Assembly: GCA_030739855.1 (NCBI GenBank)
Contig: JASLYJ010000004.1
Span: forward strand, 12,342 to 76,341
Length of the DNA stretch: 64,000 nucleotides
DNA from: Alphaproteobacteria bacterium
GTDB lineage: Bacteria; Pseudomonadota; Alphaproteobacteria; UBA11136
Reading direction: 5' to 3'
Positions 60,983 through 64,000 of the stretch are shown one piece after another. The stretch's first letter is position 1. Each line of letters begins with the position of its first letter. Made by a program: the position numbers and the translations under genes. The notes under the pieces were generated by a model. It was not told the origin of the DNA. It was given only the letters and a program-made list of their open reading frames with translations, and did not search any database.

Positions 60983-61292
60983 CTTCAATGATGCATTAGC
61001 TACATCTTCTTCCACACCAGGAACAAAGACAGATCAGGGCGTGGTTTCCTCCCCAAACTCGGGACGTGCATTATATGGCACGGTGTTCTATTGCGGTAAA
61101 GCTAGGCCATTCCGGTGCGTTCGTCACCCTTTTTTTGTGAGAAACGAATTAATTTCATTTTCTCAGGATTATAGAATCCACCGTCCTCACGCCATTGCCT
61201 TCGCCTATGGCATTGCCTAAAGTCACGGTCCTTCGTCGAACTTTCTTCGCACCCTCTGCGCTTGGCGGGTGTCTCCATATGAAAGCATTTCC

Positions 61293-62582
61293 ATGCGCCT
61301 GTCTGAATTTGTTCTTCCCACCTTAAAAGAAACCCCGGCAGAGGCGCAGATCGTTTCCCACCAATTGATGTTGCGTGCTGGCATGATCCGCCAGGAAAGC
61401 GTTGGCATCTATTCCTGGTTGCCGCTTGGACTGCGGGTAATGAAGAACGTTGAGGCCATCATCCGTGAGGAACAGAACCTCGCCGGCGCCCAGGAAATTC
61501 TCATGCCCACCATTCAGTCAGCAGACCTGTGGCGGGAAAGCGGACGCTACGATGATTACGGCAAGGAGATGTTGCGTATCGAAGACCGCCATGGGCGCGA
61601 CCTTCTCTATGGTCCCACCAATGAGGAAATGGTTACAGCTATCCTTAGAGACTACATTAAGAGTTACCGGGAACTTCCTGTAAATCTCTATCATATTCAG
61701 TGGAAGTTCCGTGATGAGGTGCGCCCTCGTTTCGGCGTCATGCGTGGCCGCGAGTTCCTTATGAAGGACGCCTATTCTTTTGACCTTGATCTTGAAGGGG
61801 CAAAAAAATCCTACGACAACATGTTTGCCACCTATCTGCGTACCTTTACTCGCATGGGTCTGAAGGCGGTGCCGGTGCGCGCCGATCCCGGCGCTATCGG
61901 CGGCGATATGAGCCATGAGTTCCACATTCTCACCGGGACCGGGGAAAGCGCCATCTTCTACGACGTCATTTATGACGAACTGACCCTGGATGTGGACAAC
62001 CCTGACGTGGAGGCTTTGCAATCCATCTATGCGGTGGAGGAGAAGTTGCACGACCCTGTGTCTTGTCCCGTGGCGGGGGACCGCCTGAAACAGGCTCGAG
62101 GTATCGAGGTGGGACATATCTTCTATTTCGGCACAAAATATTCGAAGGCCATGGGGCTGGTGGTGGACGGGCCTGAGGGCGAGCGCATTATCGTAGAGAT
62201 GGGTTCTTACGGCATCGGCGTCTCGCGCCTTCCAGCGGCTATTATTGAGGCTAGCCATGACAAAAATGGTATTATATGGCCCGATAGTGTAGCGCCATTC
62301 GCCGTGGGGCTGGTGAACCTGAAAGTGGCCGATAAGGCCTGCGTCTCCCAGTGTGAGGATATCTATAACCGCCTCCGCGAAGCCGGGATTGACGTGCTCT
62401 ACGACGATCGCGACGAAAGGCCTGGAGCTAAGTTCGCTGATATGGACCTTATCGGCCTGCCGTGGCAGTTAGTGGTGGGGCCGCGAGAGCTCGCTGTGGA
62501 TAGGCTGGAACTCAAGCGACGGGATGGCGGCGCACGCGAGGAACTGTCCTTGGAATCGGTGCTGGCGAAACTCACCGGCTAG
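61293..62582 (+). CDS. proS: Proline--tRNA ligase (short alphaproteobacterial type)
   Basis: [61 protein letters not shown], and GIGVSRL. The ORF opens at 61269. Confidence 0.95.
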   Translation: MRLSEFVLPTLKETPAEAQIVSHQLMLRAGMIRQESVGIYSWLPLGLRVMKNVEAIIREEQNLAGAQEILMPTIQSADLWRESGRYDDYGKEMLRIEDRHGRDLLYGPTNEEMVTAILRDYIKSYRELPVNLYHIQWKFRDEVRPRFGVMRGREFLMKDAYSFDLDLEGAKKSYDNMFATYLRTFTRMGLKAVPVRADPGAIGGDMSHEFHILTGTGESAIFYDVIYDELTLDVDNPDVEALQSIYAVEEKLHDPVSCPVAGDRLKQARGIEVGHIFYFGTKYSKAMGLVVDGPEGERIIVEMGSYGIGVSRLPAAIIEASHDKNGIIWPDSVAPFAVGLVNLKVADKACVSQCEDIYNRLREAGIDVLYDDRDERPGAKFADMDLIGLPWQLVVGPRELAVDRLELKRRDGGAREELSLESVLAKLTG

Positions 62583-62602
62583 GCTGGCTGGAAAGGCACG
62601 GC

Positions 62603-63232
62603 ATGGAGATCACGATTCTGGCTTTCGAAGGTATGACGCCGCTCGATGCGGTAGGGCCTTTCGAGGTTCTGGGGCGGCTCCCTGGCGCACAGGTAAGTAT
62701 CGCCGCGCGGGAGTCCGGCCCACAACGCAGCGCTGGCGGGTCCTTGGCACTGCTGGCCGATTATGCGCTGACTGAGGTGGCTCAGCCTGATATCTTGCTG
62801 GTGCCAGGAGGTCCCGGCGCCGACGCCTTGACTAAAGACACCCAAGTCACAGACTGGGTGGGCCGAGTGCACGAAAAGACTCTGTGGACGGTATCGGTCT
62901 GTACCGGGGCGCTCGTTTTGGGAGCGGCGGGTGTATTGCGGGGCCTGCGGGTAACAACCCATTGGCGGGCTATGAACGCCATTTCCAGCTACGGCGCCGA
63001 GGCGGTAGATAAACGAGTGGTCTTGGATGGCAAGGTGATAACCTGCGCCGGAGTGTCGTCCGGCATCGATATGGCACTGCAGCTCGCTGCTAAGCTCAGC
63101 GGCGAGGAAACGGCGCGGGCTATCCAACTGGCAATCGAATACGCCCCAGAGCCGCCCTTTGACAGTGGTCGCATGGAAAGGGCGAACGAGCGGGAACAGA
63201 AATTGGCGCGTTACGGTCTTAACCAGCCATAA
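62603..63232 (+). CDS. DJ-1/PfpI family protein
   Basis: ILLVPGGPG. Nucleophile-elbow Cys: SVCTGALVLGAAGVLRG. ITCAGVSSGIDMAL. Confidence 0.85.
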   Translation: MEITILAFEGMTPLDAVGPFEVLGRLPGAQVSIAARESGPQRSAGGSLALLADYALTEVAQPDILLVPGGPGADALTKDTQVTDWVGRVHEKTLWTVSVCTGALVLGAAGVLRGLRVTTHWRAMNAISSYGAEAVDKRVVLDGKVITCAGVSSGIDMALQLAAKLSGEETARAIQLAIEYAPEPPFDSGRMERANEREQKLARYGLNQP

Positions 63233-63270
63233 TCGGCGTAGCAGTACAAGGATAAGGAAGCAAAACCGAG

Positions 63271-64000
63271 GTGTTTTCCAAATTCGAATGTATGGTAGCT
63301 GTGCGCTACCTAAAGCCTCGCCGCAAGGAAGGATTTGTTTCCATAATCGCGGGTTTTTCTCTGCTCGGGATAACGCTAGGGGTGGCGACTCTGATAGTCG
63401 TGATGTCGGTGATGAACGGCTTCCGCGAAGAACTCATAAGCCGTATCCTAGGCCTTAACGGGCATCTTGGCGTATTTCCCGTGGAACGGACGCTCACCAA
63501 TTTCGATCCCTTAGCGGCGCGCTTGCGCAATGTACCTGGGGTTGTCTCAGCCACTCCCATGATCGAACGTCAAGCCATGGTGAGCAGCGACCACACGGCG
63601 CTTGGGGCAGTGGTGCGGGGGATGCGGCCAAGTGACTTCCACGCTAGAGATATTCTTGCCAACAACATCATTGACGGAAACCTTGAGGAATTCGACAGCA
63701 GCGAGACCCTTGTTATGGGAAGTAAGTTGGCTCAAAAACTGAGGGTCAGGCCTGGCGATTCCGTAACTATTATTTCGCCTAAAAGCACCGCTACTGTCTT
63801 TGGTGGCGTTCCGCGTATGCGTGCCTATCCCATCGCTGCCACCTTCGAGGTGGGTATGTACGAATATGATAGTTCCTTTATCTTCATGCCTATAGAGGTG
63901 GCGCAGATCTTCTTCCGTTTGCCTGAGGCAGTGACGGCTATCGAAATCATGGTCCAGGATCCCGAGAGCATGGAAGGATTACGTGATTTGGTACAGACGG
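63271..64000 (+). CDS. Lipoprotein-releasing ABC transporter permease (LolC/LolE family), 5' part, runs off the right edge
   Basis: Hand translation gives VFSKFECMVAVRYLKPRRKEGFVSIIAGFSLLGITLGVATLIVVMSVMNGFREELISRILGLNGHL... with no stop before 64000. That is why it is absent from the ORF track. Confidence 0.88.
   Translation, partial: MFSKFECMVAVRYLKPRRKEGFVSIIAGFSLLGITLGVATLIVVMSVMNGFREELISRILGLNGHLGVFPVERTLTNFDPLAARLRNVPGVVSATPMIERQAMVSSDHTALGAVVRGMRPSDFHARDILANNIIDGNLEEFDSSETLVMGSKLAQKLRVRPGDSVTIISPKSTATVFGGVPRMRAYPIAATFEVGMYEYDSSFIFMPIEVAQIFFRLPEAVTAIEIMVQDPESMEGLRDLVQT

Noticed and set aside
60879-61220. 113-aa plus-strand ORF overlapping the end of tag and filling the tag-proS spacer.
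   Set aside because: No RBS, it overlaps the tag C-terminus, and its sequence is low-information. The spacer is better explained by RNA-level signals.

Overview
This window looks like a core-chromosome segment of an alphaproteobacterium, inferred from gene order: tRNA-Leu, tig, clpP, clpX, lon, hupB, tRNA-Val, tRNA-Asp, nuoA-N, birA, coaX, rnj, DUF1467. I support about 60 protein genes and 4 tRNAs (His, Leu, Val, Asp).

Main gene content, left to right:
- a formate module: an OFA-family MFS transporter plus a two-subunit NAD-linked formate dehydrogenase
- dksA, recA, alaS, icd, a LOG-family gene and a LysM protein
- psd-pssA-DUF3126
- glnB-glnA with a sigma54-type promoter
- an aminotransferase and a soxCD-like sulfite dehydrogenase
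- a bioB-led same-strand cluster of envelope glycosylation and methylation genes
- an Nnr gene carrying an N-terminal XRE HTH extension
- the complete 14-gene nuo operon
- yaaA, tag, proS, a DJ-1/PfpI gene and the 5' part of lolC/E

I saw no rRNA, CRISPR array, transposase or integrase.

I did not find a convincing multi-gene novel system. The best leads are:
1. the in-frame XRE-HTH::Nnr fusion
2. bioB translationally coupled to a UPF0104 / GT-C / MT-GT2 / MT cluster
3. a decayed, A+T-richer 2.3-kb insert between the DUF3126 gene and glnA, bracketed by a 16-nt direct repeat
4. a repeat-structured A+T-rich spacer with an orphan SD-plus-terminator ORF next to tRNA-Leu
5. an orphan minus-strand intrinsic terminator between tag and proS (candidate sRNA)
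6. two old or recent tandem duplications in and before the LysM gene

All family assignments come from remembered motifs. No database search was run.
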